Positions 9,537-19,800 of a stretch of DNA of 64,000 nt are shown here, in pieces. Both the position numbers and the translations under genes were made by a program. The notes beneath the pieces are model-generated. The model had not been told where the DNA came from. It saw nothing but the letters and a program-made list of their open reading frames with translations, and did not search any database. The DNA comes from a bacterium. Lineage in GTDB: Bacteria; SAR324; XYD2-FULL-50-16. Numbering within the stretch: the first letter of the stretch is position 1; each line of letters starts with the position of its first letter. The stretch spans positions 1 through 64,000 of the forward strand of contig JAVVEA010000015.1 in assembly GCA_032250835.1 (NCBI GenBank), read 5' to 3'.

Positions 9537-10916
9537 TTACCCTTCTCTGGTGGGTACCGCGATTTGAAACTGCTTGATTTTGGCTTGCAGTTGCTCGCGC
9601 TTTAGGTCCAATTGATCCGCCGTCTGACTTAAATTCCAGCCATTCTTTTTTAATGCAGAATCAATGAACTGACCTTCAAAATGTAGCAGCGCTTCGTTGA
9701 GCCCCTTAGGAAAATCACCTACCTGAACCACTTCAGCATTGCTCAGCCGAATCACCGGGGGAACATGGTTCAATTCGATCACCGGCTCGCGGACCATGAT
9801 CACCATGCGCTCAACAATGTTTTTTAACTCACGGATATTGCCGGGCCAATGGTATGCGACCATGGAATCCAAGGCTTCAGGAGCGATACTTTTGCGGGCA
9901 AAATCGCCGGTTGAGGCTAACTGAGCAATGAAATAATCGATTAAAACCGGTATGTCTTCGGCCCGCTCGCGCAAGGGGGGGACCTCAATGGGGATCACGT
10001 TGAGGCGGTAGTAGAGGTCGTCGCGGAAATTACCGGAGTCGATCTCGTCGGCCAAGTTTTTGTTGGAAGCCGCAATGATGCGCACATCTACGTGATGTAA
10101 GTCCGTTCCGCCGACGCGCTCAAATTGTTGTTCCTGTAAAACCCGCAATATTTTTGCCTGGGTTTTAAGGCTCATGTCGCCGATTTCATCTAAAAAAAGA
10201 GTGCCGCCGTTGGCTTGGTCGAATTTGCCAATCTTGCGCTTAGTGGCCCCTTTAAAGGCTCCCTTTTCGTGCCCAAACAGCTCGGACTCGATCATGTCCT
10301 CGGGAATTGCGGCACAATTCAAAGCCACAAAGGGGCGGTCTCGGCGGCGGCTTTTTAGGTGGATTTGTTTGGCGACCAGTTCCTTGCCGGTGCCGTTGTC
10401 GCCGCGGATCAGAACCCAGCTGTCGGTCGGAGCGGCCCGTTCGATCTGTTCTAAGACCGCTTTGATCTCAGGCGAGTGGCCGATAATCTCGCTGTTGGAG
10501 TAATCGGGGCGGCTTTTCAGTAGTTCGTTTTCGCGGCGTAGGGCTTCTTCGCCTAAAGCGTGCTTGAGCGTAAGCAACACCTTTTCCAGCGATAGCGGCT
10601 TTTCGATGAAATCATAGGCCCCCTTTTTGGTGGCCTTGACGGCCGTTTCGATGGTGCCGTGTCCGCTCATCATGATCACCGGAGCTTTGAACTCGTTGGC
10701 GTTGAGCCAGTCTAAGAATTCCAGGCCGTCCATTCCGGGCATCCAAATATCAAGCAATGCGGCCGAAAAGAACCCCTCCGCTTCGCCTTCGATCCGCTCA
10801 ATCGCTTCATTTGCGTTGACTGCCGTGGTGCAGCGGTATCCTTCATCTTCTAAGATGCCTTTGAGGGCTTCTAAGATGGAAATTTCGTCGTCTACCAGTA
10901 AAATACGCTCGGACAT
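9537..10916 (-). CDS. ntrX: NtrC/NtrX-family response regulator (REC-AAA+-HTH)
   Basis: LLDIWMPGMDG, MMSGHGTIETAV, Walker A GDNGTGKE, Walker B LFLDE, WPGNIREL and a Fis-type HTH; lies downstream of an NtrY-like kinase. Confidence 0.85.
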   Translation of the reverse strand: MSERILLVDDEISILEALKGILEDEGYRCTTAVNANEAIERIEGEAEGFFSAALLDIWMPGMDGLEFLDWLNANEFKAPVIMMSGHGTIETAVKATKKGAYDFIEKPLSLEKVLLTLKHALGEEALRRENELLKSRPDYSNSEIIGHSPEIKAVLEQIERAAPTDSWVLIRGDNGTGKELVAKQIHLKSRRRDRPFVALNCAAIPEDMIESELFGHEKGAFKGATKRKIGKFDQANGGTLFLDEIGDMSLKTQAKILRVLQEQQFERVGGTDLHHVDVRIIAASNKNLADEIDSGNFRDDLYYRLNVIPIEVPPLRERAEDIPVLIDYFIAQLASTGDFARKSIAPEALDSMVAYHWPGNIRELKNIVERMVIMVREPVIELNHVPPVIRLSNAEVVQVGDFPKGLNEALLHFEGQFIDSALKKNGWNLSQTADQLDLKREQLQAKIKQFQIAVPTREG

Positions 10917-10933
10917 CGGGCAATCAGGGATGT

Positions 10934-13150
10934 TTAGATGGGCAGTTCGATATTGAACTTAGTTCCCTTTTCTATATTTTCGAGGCGAATAAATCCACCA
11001 TGATCTGAAATGATTTGCTGCACAATCGCCAACCCTAAGCCGGTGCCTTCTTTTTTGGTGGTCACGTAGGGATCAAAAATGCGCGGCAGCATGTCTTCGG
11101 GGATGCCGCAGCCATTGTCTTCGATTTCCACCAACACGTGCCCTTCTTGGGCGTGCATGGAACTGGAAACCTTGATCTGACCTTCTTGCTCGCCGCCCAG
11201 TGCCGCGATGGCGTTGTCGATCAGGTTGGTGAACACCCGCTTGATTTGTTCCTCATCGAGCAACATTTCAGGCATAGGGTCTTCAAGGTTTAATTGCAGT
11301 TGCACTCCCTTGGGGAGGCTCGATTCAAAGAGCGCAACCACGCCGCTTAAGATTTGGTTGAGGCTGGTAGGGACCGGGTTGATCTCCGGTAGCCGGGCAA
11401 ACTTACTGAATTCATTAACCATATTCTTGAGGTGGTTGACCTCGTTGACGATGGTGGCGGTACAGGTATCTAGCAGCTCCACATCGTCCACCTGTTCTAG
11501 GTACTTTTTGCGGATACGCTGGGCCGATAGTTGGATCGGGGTCAGTGGATTTTTGATTTCATGGGCAATGCGCCGAGCCACTTCTTGCCATGCTTTGGCA
11601 CGGGTGCTGCGGTCGATTTCGGTCAGGTCGTCGACCACCAACAGCTGCCCCAAAGGCTCTTCCTTGGGGTTTTTTAAGATAAATAATTCCAGCGCTAAAT
11701 GGATCGCCTTTTTATCGACCATCAAATGGGCCTCACGGCGGTAGCCCTGTTGACCCGCCGCCTCCATCTCGGCCTTCATCTCTTCCAGCAAGCCTGTTTG
11801 GTCCTTACCTAAAACGCTACGGTAGTGTTTACCGAGGATTTTCGGGCTTTTGACCTGATACAGCCGAGTTAGATAGGGATTGATGCCTTTTATGTAACCC
11901 GAGTTGTCGATCAGTAAGATGCCGTTTTGGATGTTTTGGACCACCAGCTCCACGAAGATGTTGCGCTCCTCCAGCTGTTGGTTGGTTTCCACCAATTCTT
12001 CCTGACTAGCCGCCAGCTTACGTCGGTTCTGTTGCAACTCTTTGGTCATTTTGTTGAAGCTTTCGAGCAACAGACCAATTTCGTCTTCTTCTTGTAGGTT
12101 GATCTGGAAGTCTAAATCGCCTTTGGCGATGCGCCGCGTCCCTTCCACCAAGATTTGGATTGGCTCGACGATGCTTCGGGCCAAATAATAGCCGAACCAA
12201 GTCCCACCGAAGATGATCAAGAAGGTGAAAAAGAGCAGGTAGGTGGTCAAACTGGTGCGCAGCGGGTCTTCGATGCTCATCAGTTGTTTTTGCTCTGCTA
12301 AGTTCTCGCGCAGTCGGGTCAAGTCGCCGTAGAAGCTTCCCTTTAAAACCTCTACTACTTCAAGTACATGCGGGCTTCCGTCGATCTCAAAGGGCAATAA
12401 CACCCGCTTGATTTGCGCATCTTCCATTTGGGTGGTCAAGGAAGGCAAACGGGTAGCATTGGCCTGAAACATTTCGGGCGGAAGGGGCCGCCAAAAACGG
12501 TCCGTAGCTCGGTCTAAAAACCAATTTTCTTCAAAGCCAAATCCCGGCCCGTAGAGCGCTAGCCCATCGATCTGGTATCGCTCCAATTCTTTGCGGAACC
12601 AAAGACTGCGCGCCAAAGTACGCTTGAAGAGCTTTTGGTTTCCCTTAAGCTTGTAGTCTTCAATGATGATTTTTCCCTGGTTATACAGGGCCTTCTCGCG
12701 GCGTTCGTCGAAGTTTTGCAGCACCTGACCGGCGTTACCAAAGGCCCCCGAATACTCTCCCTTGAACCAAACATCCAAACTGTTCCGCAGCAGGCCGTTG
12801 GCAATAAAAAAATATAAAACCAGCGGCAGAGAACTGACCAAAATGAACCCCAAGGTCAACTTGGACTTGAGTTTAAAGCCTAATTTACGGCGCTTGCGCT
12901 CATAAACGAGCTTGATCAAGTTGCGCAGAACCAAAAAGATGGCCAGCAGCAACAAAACCGCGTTTAGATTGATCAGTAAGAGGATGTCCAGATTGGACTC
13001 GAAGGTCTTCCAATCGCGGAATTCGCGATAGTAGAAGTTCAGCGACAGTAAGGCGATAGTGATCAGCCCCAGGACCACCACCAGGCCGATCCGGTTACGG
13101 ATCAGCCGCTGGTGTTCGGGGGTGGAAACAAAGCGTTCCTTTTTGGCCAT
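10934..13150 (-). CDS. ntrY: NtrY-like membrane sensor histidine kinase (HAMP-PAS-HisKA-HATPase)
   Basis: N-terminal TM helices, HAMP, H-box AWQEVARRIAHEIKNPLTPIQLSAQR, NLIDNA, DNGCGI, GTGLGL. Start placed at ATG 13150. Confidence 0.85.
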   Translation of the reverse strand: MAKKERFVSTPEHQRLIRNRIGLVVVLGLITIALLSLNFYYREFRDWKTFESNLDILLLINLNAVLLLLAIFLVLRNLIKLVYERKRRKLGFKLKSKLTLGFILVSSLPLVLYFFIANGLLRNSLDVWFKGEYSGAFGNAGQVLQNFDERREKALYNQGKIIIEDYKLKGNQKLFKRTLARSLWFRKELERYQIDGLALYGPGFGFEENWFLDRATDRFWRPLPPEMFQANATRLPSLTTQMEDAQIKRVLLPFEIDGSPHVLEVVEVLKGSFYGDLTRLRENLAEQKQLMSIEDPLRTSLTTYLLFFTFLIIFGGTWFGYYLARSIVEPIQILVEGTRRIAKGDLDFQINLQEEDEIGLLLESFNKMTKELQQNRRKLAASQEELVETNQQLEERNIFVELVVQNIQNGILLIDNSGYIKGINPYLTRLYQVKSPKILGKHYRSVLGKDQTGLLEEMKAEMEAAGQQGYRREAHLMVDKKAIHLALELFILKNPKEEPLGQLLVVDDLTEIDRSTRAKAWQEVARRIAHEIKNPLTPIQLSAQRIRKKYLEQVDDVELLDTCTATIVNEVNHLKNMVNEFSKFARLPEINPVPTSLNQILSGVVALFESSLPKGVQLQLNLEDPMPEMLLDEEQIKRVFTNLIDNAIAALGGEQEGQIKVSSSMHAQEGHVLVEIEDNGCGIPEDMLPRIFDPYVTTKKEGTGLGLAIVQQIISDHGGFIRLENIEKGTKFNIELPI

Positions 13151-13157
13151 CAGCTGG

Positions 13158-14348
13158 CTAGAACTCGAAGTTCTTAGGCAGTACGGCAATGCCGTCGGAG
13201 ATGAAGAAGAACTTTTTCTCTTCTTCAAGGTTGACGCCGACCATCTTAGAATCGCCGATTGAGACGCGGTCGTCTAAGATAGCGTTTTTGATGATGCAGT
13301 TTTTACCGATGGTGGCGTTGGCGACGATGATCGAGTTTTCGATTTCTGTGCCCTCCCCAATGGTTACGTTGCGGCCAATCAAACAATTGGTGATCTTGCA
13401 ACGTTCTAAGTGGGAGCCAGAGCCAACGGTGCTGTTGACCACCTCGCAGTCTTCTAGATAGGCCGAGGGGAGCTGCTCGCCCACCGTCCGGATGCGCCAA
13501 TCGTCTTTGATCAAGCTGCTAGAGTCTTTAAGGTTCAAGAACTCCATGTTGGCATCGTAGAAGGACTGGATGGTACCTACGTCTCGCCAGTAGTTTCCAT
13601 AGCGACTTTTAACAAAGTCAAAACCCTGCACCCGGCAGCGGCCCAGCATGCTGGGGATAATGTTCTTGCCGAAATCGTGGGCGGTGGCTTCGCGCGCGTC
13701 GGTGGCCAATTCGCGGACTAAGGCATCGGTCTTGAAGATGTAGATGCCCATGTTGATGTGGCAGACCGGAGAATCGCCGGGGATCATGGAGGGATCTTTG
13801 GGCTTCTCGATGAAGCTGGTGATCTCGCCATCTTCGCCGACCGTCAAAACGCCGAACTGGTCGGATTCTTTTTTGTCGATCTCTAAAACCGCCAGGGTCA
13901 GGTCGGCACCGGAGTTGACGTGCTGTTGGTACATCTCGTTGAAGTCCATATTGTAGATATGGTCTCCGCTTAAGATCACTACATGCTCAGGACGGTGGTC
14001 TTCCAGTAAGTGCACGTTTTGGAAGATCGCGTCGGCGGTGCCAGAATACCACTGCTCGCTGATGCGCTGCTGTGCCGGCACGGCCTGCATAAACTCACCC
14101 AATTCGTGGGCCAAAAAATTCCAGCCTAGGCGCAGGTGCTTCTCTAGCGAGAGGCTTTTGAACTGCGTCAAAACGTAGACTTTACGCAAGCCGGAATTGA
14201 CGGCGCTCGAAAGCACCCAGTCAATGATACGGAATCGAGCAGCGAAGTGGACCGCCGGTTTGGATCGGTCTCTAGTCAAGGGGTAAAGACGACTACCTTT
14301 TCCGCCAGCGAGCACAAAGGTGAGCACGTTGCTATTGCTAATGGGCAT
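13158..14348 (-). CDS. glgC: Glucose-1-phosphate adenylyltransferase
   Basis: LAGGKGSRLYPLT..RSKPAV, WYSGTADA, LSGDHIY, FIEKP, DFGKNIIP, YWRDVGT and a C-terminal beta-helix. Confidence 0.95.
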   Translation of the reverse strand: MPISNSNVLTFVLAGGKGSRLYPLTRDRSKPAVHFAARFRIIDWVLSSAVNSGLRKVYVLTQFKSLSLEKHLRLGWNFLAHELGEFMQAVPAQQRISEQWYSGTADAIFQNVHLLEDHRPEHVVILSGDHIYNMDFNEMYQQHVNSGADLTLAVLEIDKKESDQFGVLTVGEDGEITSFIEKPKDPSMIPGDSPVCHINMGIYIFKTDALVRELATDAREATAHDFGKNIIPSMLGRCRVQGFDFVKSRYGNYWRDVGTIQSFYDANMEFLNLKDSSSLIKDDWRIRTVGEQLPSAYLEDCEVVNSTVGSGSHLERCKITNCLIGRNVTIGEGTEIENSIIVANATIGKNCIIKNAILDDRVSIGDSKMVGVNLEEEKKFFFISDGIAVLPKNFEF

Positions 14349-14360
14349 AATCGGGAGCTC

Positions 14361-14738
14361 CTATTCTTCTTCCTGGTTAGCTAGAATCTCTTGGGCTTTT
14401 TCGATCAATTCGCTCAAGTCGCCACTTTTGACGACATAACTCGTCGCACTCCAGGTCAAGTAGTTGTCCTTATAGTGGGAGTAGGCCGAATGGATGATCA
14501 CCGGCAGGCCGCGCTGGGTGCTGATGATCTTCTCTAAGGCCTCAATGCCGTCCATGCCGGGCATCTTGATGTCTAGTACCACCAAATCGACTTTCTGGTC
14601 TTTTAACACCTGTAGCCCGTTAAAGGCGCTATTGGCTGTTAAGACCGTAAGCCCTAGATCGCTGAATTCCAGTTTGAGGAGCTCGCGTACGTTTTCTTCG
14701 TCGTCGATCACCAGGATTTTCTTCGGAGTTTCGCTCAT
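14361..14738 (-). CDS. Single-domain response regulator
   Basis: ILVIDDE, LVVLDIKMPGMDG (phospho-Asp), HSAY, YVVKS. Confidence 0.9.
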   Translation of the reverse strand: MSETPKKILVIDDEENVRELLKLEFSDLGLTVLTANSAFNGLQVLKDQKVDLVVLDIKMPGMDGIEALEKIISTQRGLPVIIHSAYSHYKDNYLTWSATSYVVKSGDLSELIEKAQEILANQEEE

Positions 14739-16510
14739 GATTCCTCTTGTTTATTCACGGTAGGCAGCGAGATGGTGAACGTCGTCCCTTTGCCTGGAAG
14801 GGAGTGTACGGTGAGCATGCCCTTATGCTCTTCAACTAGTTTCTGTACCACCACCAATCCAAGGCCCGTGCCGTTTTCTTTGGTGGTATAGTAGGGCGAG
14901 AAAATTTTAGCTTCTTCCGCTTGGGGGATGCCCGGACCGGTATCTTGGATTGTGATTACCACCATGTTACCTAATTCATTGGCTAAAATCAAAAGCAATC
15001 CGTCCTTTTCCATCGCTTCAATGGCGTTTTTGACGAGGTTGTTGATGATTTCAAATAGGTGGTGTTCCTTGATGCGGATATTCGGTAAGTCACCTTTGAT
15101 GTTGATATTAACCGAAATGCGGCGGTTGTGGATTTCTTCTTCTAATAAAGCCACCACGCGGTTGATGGTCTTAGCGGCGTCACAGTCGGTTTTCTGTTCG
15201 TCGGCTTTGGGGCTTTGGTCTAGAATATCGTTTAAGACTAATTCTAAGGTGGCGACAGTTTCGACAATCCGTTGGACCGGGTCGTAGTTGATGTCCGCAG
15301 GCTCGATCCGTTTGTACACCCGTCGGGCAAAGCCGCCGATAATCGCCATGGGGCCGCGGATCTCGTGGGCCATCTGGGCGATCAACTGACCTTTAGCGGC
15401 CAGTTTTTCCTGGTGCATCAGTTGGGCCTGAGATTCTTTGATCTTCAGGTTGGTCTGTTTGATATAGGTGATCGACTCTTCGAGCTTGGTTAAGAGCTTG
15501 ACGGTCTCGATCACCTCGGTGGTGACCTTGGCGAAGTCGGTCAGGGCCTTGATGTTGATGTCGGTAATGGCGTGGCCAGTGACCGAGTTATCGGCGACTA
15601 ATAGGCCCACAGATTGCCCGTGCCATAGTAGCGGAACCAAAATACACTCAGAGGCATGCAGGGTTTCGCGCAGCCAGTTAAAGCTAGGGTGCCCGGCCAT
15701 GGGCGAGCTGTCGTTGATCAACTGATACTTCTGGTTGAACAGCGTCTGGATCAAGATGTGCTCTGGGTCCGCCAAGCTGACGCTGATCTCGCGCACTAGC
15801 TGGTTGATCCAAGAATCGTCGTGGTTGCCGCTAGATTTATAGAGGTCGATCATTTTGGTCAGCGTCGGCGGGCTGGCGCTGAGTTCATGATAGATCCTTC
15901 CGGCTTCTTCGCGGTTCGCCGGGCCGATGGCTTGGACCCCTTTGAGTTCCTGGTCGTCCTGATCCACCAGCAACAAGAGGCAGCGGTTGAACTTAAGCCC
16001 TTGGCCGCTGGTCACCGCCACTAAGATTGCGTCGAAGATTTCGCGCATCTGGGGGGTGAGGTCTTTGCCGTGGAAGAAATGGAACCGCTCGACCAGTTCC
16101 ATCATCTTGTTGTTTACATAATGCTGGAGTTCCGTCGCTTCGGTGATGTTGGCGAAGGTGATCAGCTTGAAGTTTTCTTCGTCATGCAGGCTGTGCATGG
16201 AAAGCTCGACATCCATGATGATGCCGCTGCGCTGGGCCATCTGGGTCCGGTGGTTGATGACCGAGCCGTTGTGGCTGTCCAACTCTAAAAGCTTTATGTA
16301 CTCTTCACGGTTCGGGGTATGGGCCGGGAGAAGCAAATGGAAGGGCTTGCCGGCAACTTCTTCAGCGCTATAGCCAAAGTGCTCCGCCGCCGGACGGCTC
16401 CAGATCACTACTTGGTTCTCGCCATCGAGCAACATCCAAGCGTGTAGGATCTTGTCCATGTTGCGGAACAAAAGTTCCTGCATCTTAATTGGGGCTGAAT
16501 CAGGGCTCAT
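14735..16510 (-). CDS. Cytoplasmic PAS/GAF sensor histidine kinase
   Basis: PAS (FGYSAEEVAGK), GAF-like region (FNRCLLLL...VPLLWHGQSVGLLVADN), H-box MAHEIRGP, NLVKNA, DTGPGI, GTGLGL; no TM helix. Confidence 0.9.
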   Translation of the reverse strand: MSPDSAPIKMQELLFRNMDKILHAWMLLDGENQVVIWSRPAAEHFGYSAEEVAGKPFHLLLPAHTPNREEYIKLLELDSHNGSVINHRTQMAQRSGIIMDVELSMHSLHDEENFKLITFANITEATELQHYVNNKMMELVERFHFFHGKDLTPQMREIFDAILVAVTSGQGLKFNRCLLLLVDQDDQELKGVQAIGPANREEAGRIYHELSASPPTLTKMIDLYKSSGNHDDSWINQLVREISVSLADPEHILIQTLFNQKYQLINDSSPMAGHPSFNWLRETLHASECILVPLLWHGQSVGLLVADNSVTGHAITDINIKALTDFAKVTTEVIETVKLLTKLEESITYIKQTNLKIKESQAQLMHQEKLAAKGQLIAQMAHEIRGPMAIIGGFARRVYKRIEPADINYDPVQRIVETVATLELVLNDILDQSPKADEQKTDCDAAKTINRVVALLEEEIHNRRISVNINIKGDLPNIRIKEHHLFEIINNLVKNAIEAMEKDGLLLILANELGNMVVITIQDTGPGIPQAEEAKIFSPYYTTKENGTGLGLVVVQKLVEEHKGMLTVHSLPGKGTTFTISLPTVNKQEES

Positions 16511-16610
16511 CTAGTTGCTTTGGAGGCGTCAATCGGTTAAAGGTAATCTATCCGCAAAAGCGGGGTTTGTCACCTGCTGAAGAAAACACTGCGAGAAATT
16601 TGACGCTTTC

Positions 16611-16841
16611 ATGATAAATTTGACGCCTTTAAGCGAAGACCATCCTCTCTGGGTAAGCGCCGAGGACTATAACCGGCTAAAAAACCTAAAACACCAAGAG
16701 GACTGGTCGGTTTGCACCTCCCAATTGGAATGGTTGGTGAAACTACACTTTGTGCGCCGATGTTTCAAAGAAAAACGGATCGATACCGATAAATTTACCA
16801 AAACCGAGCGAGAACTAGTCACCGCTTGGCTCTCTAAATAA
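16611..16841 (+). CDS. Small hypothetical protein (76 aa)
   Basis: Fills the gap before the hybrid kinase on the same strand, with protein-like composition (3 Trp); no recognisable family. Confidence 0.55.
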   Translation: MINLTPLSEDHPLWVSAEDYNRLKNLKHQEDWSVCTSQLEWLVKLHFVRRCFKEKRIDTDKFTKTERELVTAWLSK

Positions 16842-16872
16842 CCTGCCCTTGGGGCCTGCTGGAGTCTCTTAA

Positions 16873-19800
16873 ATGCGCCTGAAGATATTGCTGCCGCTGT
16901 TGGCGGTCCTGTTGGGGGTTGCCTCGGTTTGGGGTGCTTGGCAGGGGCACTATAGCCACCGAGAGGCCCAATCCCTGCGGCAGGTGCAAGCTCGTTTGGA
17001 AGCTGCCCAATCCCAAATAGACCAGCAGGTTCTAGACCTAAAGAAGCGGCTGGGCCTGTTAGAACTGTGGGCCCCGCAAAATCAAGAGTTGGCGCAATTG
17101 GCTTTAAGGGCTGAGCAGGTGGGGCTTAAGATCAATGAGGCTTGGCGGATTGAGCAATGGCCCAAGCGGATGCGCAGCAGCAACCTGCGCGAGTTACGCC
17201 GCCGGGCTAATGCTGAGGTGGAATTAAAGATCACTCCCGAATTACTGGCCGGTACCGATGATCTTTGGGTGGTGGTCGACAATCTCCCGCCGCAGGCCGA
17301 ACGTTTAGGCGAAGTATTGGTCCAGAAGCCTGACGCCCAAGGTTTAAAGGCTTCGGTAGACGTCGGACTGCAACAGGCCGGACCGGGTCCTTGGTTTGGT
17401 TTTTCGCTGCCAATGGACGAAGGCAACCCCCAGTGGGTTTTACTCACCCTGGATCCATCGGCCTGGGCCTTGGAACTGACCCAAGGCATTTCGCCGGACT
17501 TGGGCCTGGAAGTGAGTCGGCAAGGGGATTCTCTGTTAAAGCGAGCGGCTCCGGGGGGCGGCACTCAACATTCCGTTAAAATTGACGCTTCACTGGTTGG
17601 GCTAGACTGGCAGTTTCAGGTGGTGGCTTTTGCTCCCCCCGCCGCGTTGATCGGCGAGCAGTCGGAAATTTTACTAGAAGTGGCTTTGTTGTTGTTGGGT
17701 CTGTTGGCGGCCTTTGGGCTGCACCGGTTGGCCCAAAACCTTGAAACCACCCAGGCCGAACGTGCCTTATGGCAAGCCCGCACGCTTTGCTTTAAGCAGG
17801 GCCTTGAGGAAGTACGGCCTGAATTTGGGCTCCAATCTGCTCTCACCGCTGCTTTAGAAGCTGTCTGCCGTTACGCCAATTGGCCTCTGGCGCACCTTAC
17901 CTTGCCTGACGAAAGCCGGCAGCAGGCCCAATTGAATCTTTGGTTTGAACAGGTCGAGGGGAATTTTAAGAGTTTTATCGACGCCGCTGAGTCGCGAAAT
18001 TTTCAGTCTGGCGAGAGCTTGGTGGACCGGGTGTTGGCCCATGAAAAGATTGTTTGGATAGAAAACATCAGTGAAGACGTTAGCTTTTCACGCATCAAGA
18101 TCCAATATGATTTTGGCGTAAAAACGGCGGTCGGCTTTCCGGTGATGATCGGCGGTGACATCGTGACGGTCTTGGAGTTTTATAGCGACCAAGAGTTAGC
18201 CTGGAATCAGGACCAGATCGATTGGACTGCCGGGATCATCGCCCAGGTGGGTGTGTTGTTGGACGCATACTGGGCGATCCAAAGCCGCCGCCGTCTAGAA
18301 GGACGCTTTGAGGCGGTCTTTTCTCAGGTGGACGAGCCGTTGCTGTTACTGAACAACGACGCTCAGGTGGAATCGGCGAACCGGGCCTTTGAAGTGGCCA
18401 CGGGTTATAAACAAGTTGAATTGATCGGGCGTGGGTTGGACCTCTTGTTAGGAGACCACGAAAAACTGATCCAACAAACCCATCAGGCTATTGTCGAAGG
18501 GAACAAATTACCCTTCAAGCGGCAGTTGAAGACCCGCAGAAAAGACGGGCAACTGATTGAGTCTACGTGGTTTTTTAGCCAAAGCGAGACCGACGGGCGT
18601 AAGACGCTGATTGCCAGTTTTAAGAGCGAGGCCCCGGCTCCGGCCAAACCCAAAGCTACGGTCGCACAGACCTTATCGAGCGGTTTTGAAGCCCAGAGTC
18701 GGATGGCCGCCGAAAACCGCCTGCGGGGCGACTATCTAGCCACCTTAGGTAAAGAAGTGCAGACCCCGGCGCTGGCTGTTTCGAATCTAAGCCGCCGGCT
18801 GTTGCATCTACCCAAGGCCGAAGACCGCCAGCCATTACTTCAGGTATTGAGTCAGTTGAGTGATCAAGTCAGCCGCAAGCTCACCCGCGCCATGGAGTTG
18901 GCGCGGCTTGAGTCCGGTGGGTTGACCTTAACCGAGCATCCCTTTGATTTGCGCCGCTTGATCGGGCGCACCTTAGATCGTTATGCCGATCAGGCCCAAG
19001 CCAAAGGGCTAGATATCTATTCCTACATCAATACCGAAGTGCCCTTTTTCTTAGTCGGCGACCCGCAACGGATCGAGGAGGTGTTGTCGATTTTGGTGGA
19101 AAACGCGGTGACTTACACGGCCAAAGGGGATGTTTTCTTGGAGGTGATGGCCCTCCAGCAGCAAAACCAGTCGGTTGAACTGGTCTTTAAAATCACCGAT
19201 ACCGGGCCAGGGATCAGCAAAGAGCGCCTTTCGGTGTTGAGCCACCAAATCACCGGCAAGCCTAAGTCCGCTAAAGAAGCGGACTTACCGGCTCTGGGCT
19301 TAAGGCTTGCGAACGGCTTGGCGATCCGTCTGGGCGGCGGTGGATTGCGCTTTGCTGCGGGTTCTTCAAAGGGTTTGAGCGTTTCGGTTAACGTGAAGCT
19401 CTCGGTGCAGCCGGAACAACAGGGCCAGGGCATTACCTTGGTCCGTGACCTTTCGGGGGCCCGGATTTTGGTGTTAGAAGCCCACGAAGGGCTGGGTCAA
19501 GTGTTGCAGAAGTACCTTCTGGCCTGGGGGGCTCAGCCTTTGGTCTTAAAAGGACCGGCAGAGTTATTAAAACTGGGGAACGAAAAGAGTCTGCATGGTC
19601 ATGTGGCTGATCTGGTGGTCTTCGATGGCTTGGCCGCAGGCAGCACCGCCGAGGAGCAGCTAGAATCGATCCGCAAGCAAGCGCCGGATATCCCGATCCT
19701 TTGGTTGGGCGACCGGAAGAGCCGTAAACTCCCGCCGGTTGAAGCGAGGTTGCAGCCCTTGGTGTACTTATCTAAGCCCGTTAAAACCTTAGAGCTCTAC

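Noticed and set aside
11208-11744. Long antisense ORFs (also 32394-32897, 33312-33659, 59944-60471, 63458-63970 and others)
   Set aside because: They are shadow frames of well-supported genes, Ser/Pro/Arg-rich and without recognisable motifs.
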